Positions 40,772 to 51,593 of a stretch of 64,000 nucleotides of DNA are shown here, one piece after another. The position numbers and the translations under genes were made by a program. Location of the stretch: the NCBI GenBank assembly GCA_003599575.1, contig QZKV01000001.1:2171-66170 (forward strand). Direction: 5' to 3'. Source of the DNA: Desulfobacteraceae bacterium (GTDB taxonomy: Bacteria > Desulfobacterota > Desulfobacteria > Desulfobacterales > Desulfosarcinaceae). How positions within the stretch are numbered: position 1 is the stretch's first letter; the number at the start of each line of letters is the position of its first letter. Under the pieces are notes generated by a model. That model searched no databases and had not been told where the DNA came from. It worked only from the letters and a program-made list of their open reading frames with translations.

Positions 40772-41206
40772 TTTGCAACGATTGCCTTTCAGCCATTTGG
40801 GGGGGGGCCGGTGCATTCTGCCGCTGGCCCTGCCCGGTGGGCTTCGACCACTCGATCCTATGACATGGATCAACGGGACAGCTCTGCAAGGGTCTGAGAG
40901 GGCACCCGTGCGGGGTGACCTCACCAAAGAGGATTTTAAAAGCTGGGAATGATCAAACCACCTTTTCCGGACGGGATTCAACCGGCGTATAGATTATTCA
41001 AATAACTCTTAAATATTGACTTCTGGTCGCTAAGCACGTTAAGAATGATTTTTGTATGCGCCGAAGGTCTATCCAGACCAGCAGCGTGCCTGGTTCATCC
41101 AGGCTGGTTGATTGTTCGGTTGGACTGACGCCGCTGGCTTGCTTGGACGTGTGGGAACCGTCAATCCACTTCACGGCGATACAGAGAATTCGTGGCGAGG
41201 GTTTTA

Positions 41207-42154
41207 ATGGATATCAAGCAGCGGATTAAAAAAGTGCTTCAAGAGGCCGAGATCTATCGTTCCCAGGGATTGATTACGGAAGCACACGCGAAATACCAGA
41301 ATGCCGCAAGCCTGATCGGCTCAATCGAAAAATTGAAAAACAAGGATAGTTTATTAAAAGCCATCCAAGAAAAAATGAAGGCGCTGAACACGACCAAGGC
41401 GCGAGTTGAAACCGGTCCTGCAACTCCGGAACTTTCAAAAAAAGCCCAAGATTTAATAAAGAATTTATTCGCTTTTTCCGAAAACAAAGATCAAGAGGCC
41501 GCCATTTTGGAAGGAGCCGTGGCGCTGGCCAAGTTCGGACAATTCGACCGTGCATTGAACGAGTTGAATGGCTTGCTGCAAAAGGAGAGCATCCGGGTCG
41601 AGGCAGCCAAGAACATTTTGCGCTGCCACATGGCATCCTCTTCGGCCGAAGAGGCCGTTAACCAATATCATCAATGGTATGCCGGTGACCTCTTTCAGCC
41701 CAACCAGATAGAAGCGGTGCGCGGTTATCTGGAGGAGATCCTGATGAAGAAGGGAATTGAAGTCGCGCTTCCTTCTCCCTTGGGCGCTGCCGAGACGCAA
41801 GAGGCTGAATTGGGACTCGCAATGGAAACGGCGCCGGAGGAACAAGCGCAGCCCGAAGAAGAATTTCTCGATATAACATCGATCGGCATCACTTTTGACA
41901 GTGGGCCGCGCAAGGGAAAAATGGTTGAGTTCGATGTCAATTTCCAATCCGGAAACATGCTCAGCCTGATCATTTCCAAGAAGGACCAGGACCTCATAGG
42001 AGGACTTTCGGAGGGGATGAAACTTAATGATGTCCAGTTTTTTTCACCCATCGCCATTTTCAACGGCGCCGGCTTGATCGCCTCGAAAACACAGATCAAA
42101 ACCGGCCCCAAACAAGGCGATTTCTGTCTGGATATACGCATTAGCAGTTTATGA
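41207..42154 (+). CDS. Hypothetical protein with TPR-like helices and a C-terminal beta domain; first gene of the MglA cluster
   Basis: EAEIYRSQGLITEA...Y and ALAKFGQFDRA helical repeats; acidic linker; beta-rich C-terminus; start at ATG 41207 (GTG 41192 possible). Confidence 0.75.
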   Translation: MDIKQRIKKVLQEAEIYRSQGLITEAHAKYQNAASLIGSIEKLKNKDSLLKAIQEKMKALNTTKARVETGPATPELSKKAQDLIKNLFAFSENKDQEAAILEGAVALAKFGQFDRALNELNGLLQKESIRVEAAKNILRCHMASSSAEEAVNQYHQWYAGDLFQPNQIEAVRGYLEEILMKKGIEVALPSPLGAAETQEAELGLAMETAPEEQAQPEEEFLDITSIGITFDSGPRKGKMVEFDVNFQSGNMLSLIISKKDQDLIGGLSEGMKLNDVQFFSPIAIFNGAGLIASKTQIKTGPKQGDFCLDIRISSL

Positions 42155-42341
42155 CCTGTAGGAAAATTGTGTTTTTTACCCTCGGCCGGCGGCAGCCGTT
42201 GTATCGCCCTCCAAGGGACCCATCAAAGGGCTGTGAAGACCACTCAGGGCCGCCCCGGTGCATTTGACGAGAGGTTGATGGCTCAAGATGACATGATTTT
42301 CAAAACGAAACTCATCGGAGCTTGTCTTAGGAGCCTTACGT

Positions 42342-42956
42342 ATGGCGATTTTTAATCTAAAGAAGCGTGAAATTGAGTGCAAAGTAGTCTACTACGGACC
42401 TGGGCGCTGCGGAAAAACCACCAACCTCGAATACATTTTTGGGGCCTACAAGAAACAGGTCAAGGGCGAAATGGTCTCGATCAATACCGAAGGCGATCGC
42501 ACCCTGTTTTTCGATTTTCTTCCCATCGGGCTCGGCCAGATACGCGGCTGCGATGTCCGCGTGCAGCTTTATACCGTTCCAGGCCAGGTCAAATACAGCT
42601 CAACACGCAAACTCGTATTGCGCGGGGTGGATGGTATTGTTTTCGTGGCAGACTCGCTTGAGGTACGACGTGAGAAAAACATGTTGTCGCTGAAAGACCT
42701 GCAGGCCAATCTCAAGGAATACGGCAAGAGCATTTTCAAGGTGCCTTTGGTGATGCAATACAACAAAAGAGATTTGGCTGAGCAGGGCATTCCGCTGATG
42801 TCCATCGAGCAGATGGAAAAGGACTTGAACCGTCAATTGAAGGTGCCCGCGTTTGAAGGAAGTGCGGTCAAAGGCGACGGCGTCGGCACCACTTTGAAGG
42901 AGTGCTTGAAAGTCACCCTTCAGTCGCTCCAGCGCGAATTTAAATGGGCGCAATAA
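42342..42956 (+). CDS. mglA: MglA-family small GTPase
   Basis: KVVYYGPGRCGKTTN, EGDRTLFFDF, LYTVPGQ, YNKRD, EGSA. Confidence 0.9.
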   Translation: MAIFNLKKREIECKVVYYGPGRCGKTTNLEYIFGAYKKQVKGEMVSINTEGDRTLFFDFLPIGLGQIRGCDVRVQLYTVPGQVKYSSTRKLVLRGVDGIVFVADSLEVRREKNMLSLKDLQANLKEYGKSIFKVPLVMQYNKRDLAEQGIPLMSIEQMEKDLNRQLKVPAFEGSAVKGDGVGTTLKECLKVTLQSLQREFKWAQ

Positions 42957-42965
42957 GACAGGATC

Positions 42966-44141
42966 ATGCGGGACAACGTCGTACTGGCCGGAAGCCTTAA
43001 ATTTTTAGCCCTGGGCGATATCATGCAGTTGTTGGGTGCGAACAGCAGCACCGGCATCCTCCGGGTGATCAGCCGATATGCCGCCGAACCAGGATTTATA
43101 TATTTCGAAAACGGCAACCCGGTGAATGCATCCTGTGGCGCAACCATCGGCCTTGAGGCAGTATACTCGCTATTTGGCTGGACCGATGGCGAGTTTGAAT
43201 TCACAAAGGAAAATATTTTCAGCCAGAGGGTAATTACCAAGAGCCGCATGGGCATTATTTTAGAGGGCTTAAAAATGGTAGATGACGGTCAAATCAAAAG
43301 AGTCGGCCCGGGTGCGGTCAGCCGCAAACAGACTGCTGCAAGCGATATGGATTCAGTCCCGATCATTAAAGGCCCCCTTGTGGACTACATGTATGTGGCC
43401 GACGAGGAAGATTTCTTCGACGGTGAATACATCGTCGAAGAAGGCAAGCACGGGAGCTGGATCTGGGTGATTCTCGAAGGTGTCGTGGAAATTGTGCGCG
43501 AAACGCCGGAAGGTCCTGTGCCCATCGTGCGGCTCGGTGACGGATCATTTATCGGCAGTCTGGCCTCGTTCCTTATTCAGGGACACATCCGCACGGCAAC
43601 CGCCATAGCCGTCGGCAATGTCCAGTTGGGTGTATTGGATTCGCAGCGCCTGGCGCAGGAATTCGCCATCCTTACACCTGAATTCAGGGGTTTTCTGGTC
43701 AGTCTGGACAAGCGGCTGAAACAGCTCAATGAAAGAATGGTCGAATTGCGCCACAAGAAACTGGACATGTCGGATTTTGTGGACAACAAAAAGCCCGTGA
43801 TCAAACAGAGCACCACCGAGGAGGAACTCTACATCATCCGCGAAGGCACCGCCTCGGTCATTCGCAACGAAGATTATGGACGAATACCCCTGGTACAGCT
43901 CCATCAAGGGGATTACTTCGGCCACCTGCCTTTTTTGGATTACGGCCATGAACCCGAGTTTGCCTCGGTGCTGGCCAACAAAGAGTTAAAGGTGCGCAAA
44001 ATCGACACTGCGCAATTTCAGAAAGAGTACAATCAATTGTCAACCACTTTCAAGAATTTCATCGATAATGTGGCCACTTGCATTTCGGTGAGCACCAAGG
44101 TGGTTTGCAACTATTACCAAAAACTTGGTATAGGGAAATAA
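42966..44141 (+). CDS. DUF4388 (PatA-N) domain plus two cNMP-binding-like domains
   Basis: LAGSLKFLALGDIMQLL...TGILRV...WTDGEFEF; GEYIVEEG..IWVILEGVVEI..FIG..RTATAIA; second YIIREG...GDYFG. Confidence 0.85.
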   Translation: MRDNVVLAGSLKFLALGDIMQLLGANSSTGILRVISRYAAEPGFIYFENGNPVNASCGATIGLEAVYSLFGWTDGEFEFTKENIFSQRVITKSRMGIILEGLKMVDDGQIKRVGPGAVSRKQTAASDMDSVPIIKGPLVDYMYVADEEDFFDGEYIVEEGKHGSWIWVILEGVVEIVRETPEGPVPIVRLGDGSFIGSLASFLIQGHIRTATAIAVGNVQLGVLDSQRLAQEFAILTPEFRGFLVSLDKRLKQLNERMVELRHKKLDMSDFVDNKKPVIKQSTTEEELYIIREGTASVIRNEDYGRIPLVQLHQGDYFGHLPFLDYGHEPEFASVLANKELKVRKIDTAQFQKEYNQLSTTFKNFIDNVATCISVSTKVVCNYYQKLGIGK

Positions 44142-44179
44142 TATCCGCTTAACTTGCAACCCTTTCAGGTGAACATGCC

Positions 44180-44533
44180 ATGACAAACGATGAAAAACGA
44201 AAACATTCCCGGATTGGTTCCATCAACTTGCTCAACTATGTCTACTGCGATGAAAATGAGGAGGAGGCCGACCAGGGAATGGGGCGGACTTTGAATGTTT
44301 CCGAGTCCGGTATTTTACTCGAAACGCACAACCGTATCGATCCCTCCCACGTTGTCTGTCTGACCATCGGGTTCAGGGAAGATGTCGTGGATATCAAGGG
44401 CCGGGTGATCTATACAAAGGAGAATACCCGAGGCCTGTTCGAATCGGGTATCGAATTCTTCGCAATGGATGATGCCGCACGGCAGGTCTTGGAAAACTAC
44501 ATTCAGGCATTCAACACACAAACCGCTTTATAG
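44180..44533 (+). CDS. PilZ-domain protein
   Basis: RKHSR (RxxxR), NVSESG ([D/N]xSxxG), GIEF. Confidence 0.9.
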   Translation: MTNDEKRKHSRIGSINLLNYVYCDENEEEADQGMGRTLNVSESGILLETHNRIDPSHVVCLTIGFREDVVDIKGRVIYTKENTRGLFESGIEFFAMDDAARQVLENYIQAFNTQTAL

Positions 44534-44559
44534 TTATTTGCGGTAGACGGAAGAAAACA

Positions 44560-45456
44560 GTGAACGGATCAACTAAAGAGACGCAATTGCAGGCGCTCAA
44601 TCTGGTCAAGCGCGGCAAGGTCAGAGATATCTATGATCTGGGCGACGCACTGCTGATGGTCGCATCGGATCGCATTTCGGCGTTTGATGTGATCATGCCC
44701 GAAGCCATTCCGGACAAGGGCAAGATTCTTAATCAAATATCGCTTTTTTGGTTTCAGATAACGGCCCCCATCGTGGCCAACCACGTGATTTCAGGTGACA
44801 TACACGCATTTCCGGAAATATGCCGGCCGTATGCGGATCAGTTGGCCGGCCGCGCCATGCTGGTGAAAAAGGCGCAGCCGCTTTCCATAGAATGCGTTGT
44901 GAGGGGGTATATCTCCGGATCGGGCTGGAAGTCCTACCAACAAACGCAGAGTATTTGCGGCATCAAGCTTCCGGCCGGCCTGAAGGAATCGGATCAATTG
45001 CCGGAGCCGATCTTTACCCCTTCGACCAAGGAAGAGATCGGCGTGCACGACATCAACATCGATTTTGACGAAGCCTCCCGGCGCATCGGTCGAGATTTGG
45101 CCGAGCGGGTGCGCGATCTGTCTTTGACCGTTTATCGCAGAGGCGCCCAGGCGGCCCTGGATAAGGGTATTATCATCGCGGACACGAAATTCGAATTCGG
45201 ACTGATCGGCAATGATCTCATTCTGATCGATGAAGTCCTGACACCCGATTCGAGCCGTTTCTGGCCCGAAAGTGAATACCGCCCCGGAGGACCGCAACCC
45301 AGCTTCGATAAACAGTATCTGCGGGATTATCTGGAATCGATCCAATGGAACAAAAAGCCGCCCGCACCGCATTTGCCCGAGGATGTGATCGCCAAGACGC
45401 GCGCAAAATATCTGGAGGCGTTGCGATCCATCACCGGAAGCAATTATGGCATTTGA
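44560..45456 (+). CDS. purC: SAICAR synthetase
   Basis: [42 protein letters not shown]. Confidence 0.97.
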   Translation: MNGSTKETQLQALNLVKRGKVRDIYDLGDALLMVASDRISAFDVIMPEAIPDKGKILNQISLFWFQITAPIVANHVISGDIHAFPEICRPYADQLAGRAMLVKKAQPLSIECVVRGYISGSGWKSYQQTQSICGIKLPAGLKESDQLPEPIFTPSTKEEIGVHDINIDFDEASRRIGRDLAERVRDLSLTVYRRGAQAALDKGIIIADTKFEFGLIGNDLILIDEVLTPDSSRFWPESEYRPGGPQPSFDKQYLRDYLESIQWNKKPPAPHLPEDVIAKTRAKYLEALRSITGSNYGI

Positions 45457-46420
45457 GTATCGATCGGTTCCCCTCAACGCGGTTGATGAAGCGGACACCA
45501 CATTTCGCATCAGCTTCGGAACATCCGGGCGTGGCATTGAGTCGTCCATCCGGCATGTGGGAGTGATCAATGCCCCCGTTCTTCTATGCAAAAAGGACCG
45601 TTATACCATCGTCAGCGGATTTGCCCGCATAGCCGCATGCCGCCAATTGGGCTGGCAGCAGATCGACGCACGATGCTTGCCCGCAGACACCCCTTCCTTA
45701 AAAACCGCTTTGTTGGCCATAGCGGACAATGCCGCCCAAAGAGATTTGAACATTGTCGAGCTGGCCAGGTCATACGGCTTGATCGCGCGGCATGTCAGCG
45801 AACAGGCCGAACAGGTCGCTTGGCTGCATTCGCTTGGACTTTCGGTGAATAAAGAGTTGATGGGGATGCTGGGCCGCATCCTGCAAATGACCGCCCGGCT
45901 CCAAAACGGATTGGTTGAAGGCGCCATTGCATTGCCGATCGCCTTGCGCCTGCACGCCATGCAAGATGCCGGCGCTGAGGAGTTGGCCAAGTTGTTTCAG
46001 GAGATCCGCTTGGGGCTGAATCGGCAAAGGGAGCTTTTGGACTGGATCCAGGCCATAGCAGTGCGTGAAGAACTGACCGTCTCGGAGATACTGGAGCAGG
46101 ACCCCATTGCCGCCTGGCGTCGGGACGAAACAAAAGACCGGGGACATGTTGCGCAACTTATCCGCCAGCACCTCAGAAAACGACGCTATCCGGAAATAAC
46201 CGCCTTTGAGCGACATTATGCCCAATGCGTAAAGGCATTGAAACTTCCCCAACGTATTCAGATGACCGCGCCACCCCATTTCGAAGGCCGGACATACCAT
46301 CTGGGCTTGGATTTTCAGGACAAACAGGAGTTGATGGAATTGAATCGTGAAATTCAGCGGATCATCAGCTCGCCGCTTCTAGCGGAACTCCTGTCACCGG
46401 CCGGGCCGGAAAAGAGATGA
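45446..46420 (+). CDS. ParB/Srx N-terminal domain protein
   Basis: [13 protein letters not shown]...[10 protein letters not shown]...[11 protein letters not shown]; overlaps the purC stop. Confidence 0.8.
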   Translation: MAFEYRSVPLNAVDEADTTFRISFGTSGRGIESSIRHVGVINAPVLLCKKDRYTIVSGFARIAACRQLGWQQIDARCLPADTPSLKTALLAIADNAAQRDLNIVELARSYGLIARHVSEQAEQVAWLHSLGLSVNKELMGMLGRILQMTARLQNGLVEGAIALPIALRLHAMQDAGAEELAKLFQEIRLGLNRQRELLDWIQAIAVREELTVSEILEQDPIAAWRRDETKDRGHVAQLIRQHLRKRRYPEITAFERHYAQCVKALKLPQRIQMTAPPHFEGRTYHLGLDFQDKQELMELNREIQRIISSPLLAELLSPAGPEKR

Positions 46421-46454
46421 GTGGGCTGTTATCGTCCATGGAGACCAGCTTTCC

Positions 46455-47831
46455 GTGAAGATCCAGATTTCCAACAAATTGCGTCTTACGGAGCTGCCGG
46501 AACAATTGTATTCGGAACTTGTGGCGAAGTTGCAGTTCGTCAATCCCAAATGGAGCGAAAACGAGCGCATGGGGCGCTGGAATAGGGGCGTTCCCAGAAC
46601 CCTCAAGTTTTACCGGCGCAGCGGCCCCGGGGGATTGATCGTGCCGCGCGGTTTGATGCGCCAGCTGGTTCTGATGGGGCGCAGCGCCGATGAGCCGGTG
46701 CATATCGATGACCGCAGAAGAAAGTTGCCGGATGCGGCGTTCGCCTTTGCCGGTGAATTGAGGCCTTTTCAGACAACTGCAGTCAACGCCATGCTCGCCC
46801 GCGATTTCGGCACCTTGAGCGCACCCACCGGCAGCGGCAAAACCGTCATGGCCCTGTATATGATCGCCAGCCGCCGGCAACCGGCCCTAGTGGTCGTCCA
46901 CAACAAGGAGCTGGCCCTGCAATGGGTGGAAAGAATCGGCACGTTTTTATCCATTCCCAAGGACCAGGTGGGGTTCATCGGCGCTGGCAAAAAAAAGCTC
47001 GGAGAAAAAATAACGGTGGCACTGGTTCAATCCGTTTACAGGTGTGCCGATGAGATCGCGCAGCACTTCGGCCACCTTGTCGTGGACGAGTGTCATCGCA
47101 CGCCCAGCCGAACGTTTACCGACGCCGTCACTGCGTTCGATGCGCATTACATGCTGGGGCTTTCGGCAACCCCCTGGCGCAGGGATCACTTATCCAAATT
47201 GATCTTCTGGCATCTGGGCGACCTGCATCACGAAATAGCGGCGTCTGAAATGGTGGCGGCCGGACAAATTTTAGCCGTCGAGATCGTTTTGCGCCCCACG
47301 CGGTTCGTGCCCTACGCCGATCCGATCAGCGAATACAGCACGATGCTTTCGGAGCTGGCCCATAATGACGAGCGCAACCGGATGATTGCGGCGGATGTCC
47401 ACCAGGAGGTGCAACAACATCATCGGCCGGGCGTCTGCCTGGTCCTGTCCGACCGCAAACTGCATTGTCAGGTGATCCAGGCCCTTTTAAAGCATAAACA
47501 TCATGTGGAAGCTGAAGTGCTCACCGGCGATTTGCCGGCCGAGCAGCGCGCCGATATCATCAAACGCTTGAACGAAGGGGGCATTCGGGTCCTGGTGGCC
47601 ACAGGCCAGCTGATCGGTGAGGGATTTGACTGCCCGCGCCTGTCAACCCTCTTTCTGGCCACACCGGTACGATTCAGCGGCCGCGTGTTGCAGTATCTTG
47701 GGCGGATTCTGCGGCCCTCCGAAGGCATCGAGCGCGCCAAAGTCTATGATTATGTGGATGAACAGGTGGCGCCGCTCCTTGCGGCTGCGCGAGCGCGCCA
47801 GAAGGTATACGCGAGGATGGGATCAAATTGA
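46455..47831 (+). CDS. SF2 DExH helicase (SSL2/XPB-like)
   Basis: LRPFQ, APTGSGKT, VDECH, GLSATP, GEGFDCP, QYLGRILR. Confidence 0.92.
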   Translation: MKIQISNKLRLTELPEQLYSELVAKLQFVNPKWSENERMGRWNRGVPRTLKFYRRSGPGGLIVPRGLMRQLVLMGRSADEPVHIDDRRRKLPDAAFAFAGELRPFQTTAVNAMLARDFGTLSAPTGSGKTVMALYMIASRRQPALVVVHNKELALQWVERIGTFLSIPKDQVGFIGAGKKKLGEKITVALVQSVYRCADEIAQHFGHLVVDECHRTPSRTFTDAVTAFDAHYMLGLSATPWRRDHLSKLIFWHLGDLHHEIAASEMVAAGQILAVEIVLRPTRFVPYADPISEYSTMLSELAHNDERNRMIAADVHQEVQQHHRPGVCLVLSDRKLHCQVIQALLKHKHHVEAEVLTGDLPAEQRADIIKRLNEGGIRVLVATGQLIGEGFDCPRLSTLFLATPVRFSGRVLQYLGRILRPSEGIERAKVYDYVDEQVAPLLAAARARQKVYARMGSN

Positions 47832-48208
47832 AACAAGCGCGGGGCAGCGGCCGCTTCGCAGACCGCAACATGAGAGGTTTCATGGCAATGTTTCTTACCA
47901 CCGTCACCCGGTGCTTATAGAGCACTGGAGGTTGAAACGGCCATGACATGGGTTGTCAGCCAACATGTTTGGTTTCGCTTTGTCCGCCGCCCCACACTTG
48001 TTTTTCTTCCTGTGGAGAATCTTTTTAAGAATGAAAAACTTTATTCACGTGCGCCCGCCGCTGTCAACACCTATCCCAAAAAAAAGATAGGCCCGTTCTC
48101 AATGGCCGTTATGCTTTTCCGGGTGCAGCGAGAGCGAATTCCCCAATAGGATTTTTCAGCTCATGGCGGAGAGGTCGAACCTTCCAAGATGGCTGTCTAT
48201 CAGGCCTT

Positions 48209-48817
48209 TCATTTCTTTTCGGTACCGGCTTTTGGCGTGGGTAGCTGCGCAATGGTCGCTTTTTGGATGACTACCGGCGCAACCGGCACATCGCGGTGGC
48301 CGTCCCGCGTGGTGGTGGGGACTTTCTCAATAGCGCGCATCACATCCATACCCTTCACAACCCGCCCGAAAACGCAGTAGCCCCACCCGCGGGGGTTCTT
48401 GGCCTTATGGTCGAGAAACGCATTGTCAACGACATTTATGAAGAATTGCGCGGTGGCCGAATGGGGATCATTCGTACGCGCCATGGCAATGCTTCCGGCA
48501 GTATTTTTAAGCCCGTTGTCCGCCTCATTGTCGATCGGCGCCTGCGTGATTTTTTGCTTCATCTCAGGGGTAAATCCGCCGCCCTGGACCATGAATCCAG
48601 GAATGACCCGGTGAAAAATGGTGTTGTCATAAAAACCGTTTTTCACGTAGGCGAGAAAATTTGCGGTTGTTTTCGGCGCGGCTTGCGCGTTCAATTCAAG
48701 CAGGATGGTTCCCATGGAGGTCTCAAGTTGAACCTGTGGATTGACCGATTGGGCATTGGCGATTGAAAAAACCGTCAGGCAAACAATCGGAAAAAACAGC
48801 TTCAACATCGTTTTCAT
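48209..48817 (-). CDS. ppiA: Periplasmic cyclophilin peptidyl-prolyl isomerase
   Basis: Signal peptide; FHRVIPGFMVQGGG, AMART, SATAQFFIN. Confidence 0.93.
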   Translation of the reverse strand: MKTMLKLFFPIVCLTVFSIANAQSVNPQVQLETSMGTILLELNAQAAPKTTANFLAYVKNGFYDNTIFHRVIPGFMVQGGGFTPEMKQKITQAPIDNEADNGLKNTAGSIAMARTNDPHSATAQFFINVVDNAFLDHKAKNPRGWGYCVFGRVVKGMDVMRAIEKVPTTTRDGHRDVPVAPVVIQKATIAQLPTPKAGTEKK

Positions 48818-48833
48818 AAACGCTCCTTTATTG

Positions 48834-49766
48834 TTATCGAATCATAAATACCCTTCTGCGCTGATCCAATCGGCCGATTCCCTCTTCGCGCGCCTCATTG
48901 AGGGCCCGTTCGTACTCCAAGGCGGATAACGAACGCGCCAGCGCGGATATCTCATGAGCCCGGCCGCAAGGCCGGTATTGGGCCATGATGTTGATATAGG
49001 TGTTGTCTGAGATTTGCGTGGCGATGAAGCGGGCGATGTCGCGTGTGCCGGCCAGCCCCTCGGGTAAAACCAGGTGGCGCACCAGCAGGCCCCGGCGGGT
49101 CAGACCATCGTCATCAATAATCAAATCGCCTACCTGGCGATGCATTTCAATGAGAGCGGTCCGGGCGACCTCGGGGTAATCCGGTGCCTTGCAGGTCTGT
49201 GCGGCGATGATCGGGTTCCAAAATTTAAAATCGGGCATATAGATATCGACCACACCCTCCAAAAGTCGAAGGGATTCGACCGCATCGTATGCACTGCTGT
49301 TGTAAACCAGGGGAAGGGTCAGACCATCTGCCGCAGCCAAAACGAGAGCACCCAGAATTTGAGGAATAACATGCGAGGGTGTCACCAGATTGATGTTATG
49401 GCAGCCGTTGTCTTGCAGATCCAGCATCATGTCGGCCAATTGACGCTCGCTAACACGCCGTCCCGCGCCTTCATGGCTGATATCGAAATTCTGGCAGAAA
49501 TTGCATAGCAGATTGCAATGGGAGAAAAAGATCGTCCCGGAACCATGGGAGCCCACCAGAGGTGCCTCTTCGCCGTAATGGGCGTCATAGCTGGCCACTA
49601 CCGCTCGGGCGGCGGTCCGGCAGTAGCCGGTTTGTCCGCCGGTCCGATCCGTTTTGCACCGGCGCGGGCATAAGCCGCAACAACGCAGATTTTCAGAGGC
49701 CAGTTCGGCCTTGGCCCGCAGCGCCGCATGGCCGAGGGCGATATAGGCTGGTGTGTTTGTGGTCAT
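48834..49766 (-). CDS. Radical SAM protein, PflX-like
   Basis: CGLCPRRC; GSGTIFFSHCNLLCNFCQN (CxxxCxxC); DIYMPDFK; RHLVLP. Confidence 0.9.
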   Translation of the reverse strand: MTTNTPAYIALGHAALRAKAELASENLRCCGLCPRRCKTDRTGGQTGYCRTAARAVVASYDAHYGEEAPLVGSHGSGTIFFSHCNLLCNFCQNFDISHEGAGRRVSERQLADMMLDLQDNGCHNINLVTPSHVIPQILGALVLAAADGLTLPLVYNSSAYDAVESLRLLEGVVDIYMPDFKFWNPIIAAQTCKAPDYPEVARTALIEMHRQVGDLIIDDDGLTRRGLLVRHLVLPEGLAGTRDIARFIATQISDNTYINIMAQYRPCGRAHEISALARSLSALEYERALNEAREEGIGRLDQRRRVFMIR

Positions 49767-49783
49767 TGAATGCGCAGGAACCT

Positions 49784-50179
49784 CTATTTAAATTCGATGA
49801 AGAGACTGTCCTCACGACCTTCCGTAACGGGATGTTTGCCCTTCCATTCATGAATGGTGCAGGCATTGCTCTGCTCGGTCGGCACGACGCAGGAAATAAA
49901 CGGCAGAATCGGGTCCCCCGCATACGATCGAAAGTTCAGCATAATGGCCTCTGTATTGGGGAACTGATCGAATTCAAGCAGTTGGGTGATGAAAATGACA
50001 CAGCCCCCTTCAAAGAAAGCAGATGAGCGGTGAAATTCGACCAAGCGTTGCCGGAAGCGGTCCAAGGCCTTTTCCGCTGACTCGGCTTGAATCATCATTG
50101 AGAAATTACCATGTCTGCGTTCATTTTCATTTTCTTGCTGCTGGTCCGTGAGGTATTGGAAATTGGCTATAAAGTACAT
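49784..50179 (-). CDS. Hypothetical protein
   Basis: 131-aa ORF with GAGGGG RBS, co-oriented with its neighbours. Confidence 0.7.
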   Translation of the reverse strand: MYFIANFQYLTDQQQENENERRHGNFSMMIQAESAEKALDRFRQRLVEFHRSSAFFEGGCVIFITQLLEFDQFPNTEAIMLNFRSYAGDPILPFISCVVPTEQSNACTIHEWKGKHPVTEGREDSLFIEFK

Positions 50180-50412
50180 GCATCGATCCCCTCTGAAAGA
50201 AAGCGCCGAAAAACCCCTGGAAACCTTTTTTTGTGGTATTTCAGGATGCTTGTCAACAGTAATTCTCATTGCTCATCGGCCGGTCGGCCCGTTTGCAAGT
50301 GCCTGTCGGCCGGTTGTCGGTCGCGGCCTGTTGATGGTTTTGCCTTTCATGAATGAACAAAGAAAACAAGGCCGGGTACGCCAGCCGGACAACACCCAGG
50401 CGGATTCACGGG

Positions 50413-51552
50413 CTAGAGCACCGATAACGTCCGCTCCATGCGGTGCAATGCCGTCGACAACAGCGATCGCGTGCAGCCGAAGTTCAAGCGCACGAAGCCG
50501 GGGGCACCGAAATCTGTGCCGTTGGAAAGTCCCACGCCGCCTTGCTCAAAAAAATGGATGGGGTCCGTGATACCGGTCTCACGGGTATCGATCCAGGCCA
50601 GGTAGGTGGCTTCCACCGCACCCATGGACAGTTTTCCCATGCTCCGAATAGTTGACTGGAGCATATCCCTGTTGGTGCGCAGATAATCCAGAAGCTCGTT
50701 CAACCAGGTTTGCCCATATTGATAGGCCGCCTGGGCGGCCGTGAAGCCAAGTACATTGAGATGGGGGACAATACCGGCCATGGCCCGTTTGAAGCGCAGG
50801 CGCAGCCTTGGATTGGAGATCACCGCAAAAGCGCACCCCAGGCCAGGCAAGTTGAAGGTTTTGGTGGGCGCCATCAACGTAATGGTGCGCTGGGCAATTT
50901 GCGGGCTGATGGATGCCATTGGAATGTGCGCGCAACCCGGTTGCAGGACGAGATCACAATGGATTTCGTCCGAACAGACGACCAGACCAGCCCTCAGGCA
51001 GGTTTCGGCCAGTCCCTCCAGTTCCTCGCGGGTAAACACGCGCCCGGTGGGGTTGTGCGGGTTGCACAACATGAAAAGGGCAGTGCGCTCACCGATGCAG
51101 CGCCGCAGCTCATCCGGATCGAACCGCCAGCGCTTGTTTGTATAGACCATTTGGGTGGTCTGCAGTTGCTTGCCGGCATACTCGGGAGCCAATAGAAACG
51201 GCGGATAAATCGGCACCATTGTAAGCACGCCCGCGCCGGGTCTGCCAACACTGCGGCAAGCCACGTTCAGGCCGGTGACCAGCCCGGGCAGCCAGACAAT
51301 CCATTCTGGTTCCACCGGCCATGCGAAGCGGTTTTTCAAGTGGGCGATTATGGCTTCTCTGAGTTGCGGGTCCGGGTGGCCATATCCGAATACGCCATGC
51401 GCGACCCTTTTATGGAGGGCCTCTGTGACTTCGGGCGGCGAGGCAAAATCCATGTCGGCCACCCACATGGGAATGATATCTTTGCCGCGATATTTTTGCC
51501 ATTTGTGGCTGTCCGAATCGCTCCGGTCAATAGTCATATCAAAATCATACAT
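50413..51552 (-). CDS. patB: PatB/MalY PLP-dependent C-S lyase (cystathionine beta-lyase)
   Basis: PMWVADMDF, LCNPHNPTGR, SDEIHCDL, PTKTFNLPGL, RLNFGC. Confidence 0.93.
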   Translation of the reverse strand: MYDFDMTIDRSDSDSHKWQKYRGKDIIPMWVADMDFASPPEVTEALHKRVAHGVFGYGHPDPQLREAIIAHLKNRFAWPVEPEWIVWLPGLVTGLNVACRSVGRPGAGVLTMVPIYPPFLLAPEYAGKQLQTTQMVYTNKRWRFDPDELRRCIGERTALFMLCNPHNPTGRVFTREELEGLAETCLRAGLVVCSDEIHCDLVLQPGCAHIPMASISPQIAQRTITLMAPTKTFNLPGLGCAFAVISNPRLRLRFKRAMAGIVPHLNVLGFTAAQAAYQYGQTWLNELLDYLRTNRDMLQSTIRSMGKLSMGAVEATYLAWIDTRETGITDPIHFFEQGGVGLSNGTDFGAPGFVRLNFGCTRSLLSTALHRMERTLSVL

Positions 51553-51593
51553 CGGTTCGGCACCGGTTCCAAAATTTTGAGAAGCTGGTAAAG

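Noticed and set aside
48163-48190. TGGCGGAGAGGTCGAACC resembles the reverse complement of a tRNA-Ser 3' end (possible tRNA or att site)
   Set aside because: The spacing between GTTCGA and CCA is too short, no cloverleaf can be folded, and no integrase is nearby.
50290-50355. Minus-strand GAAAGGCAAAACC, reminiscent of a c-di-GMP-I riboswitch
   Set aside because: The GNRA-capped P2 and the GACGCAAAGC/P3 elements are absent.
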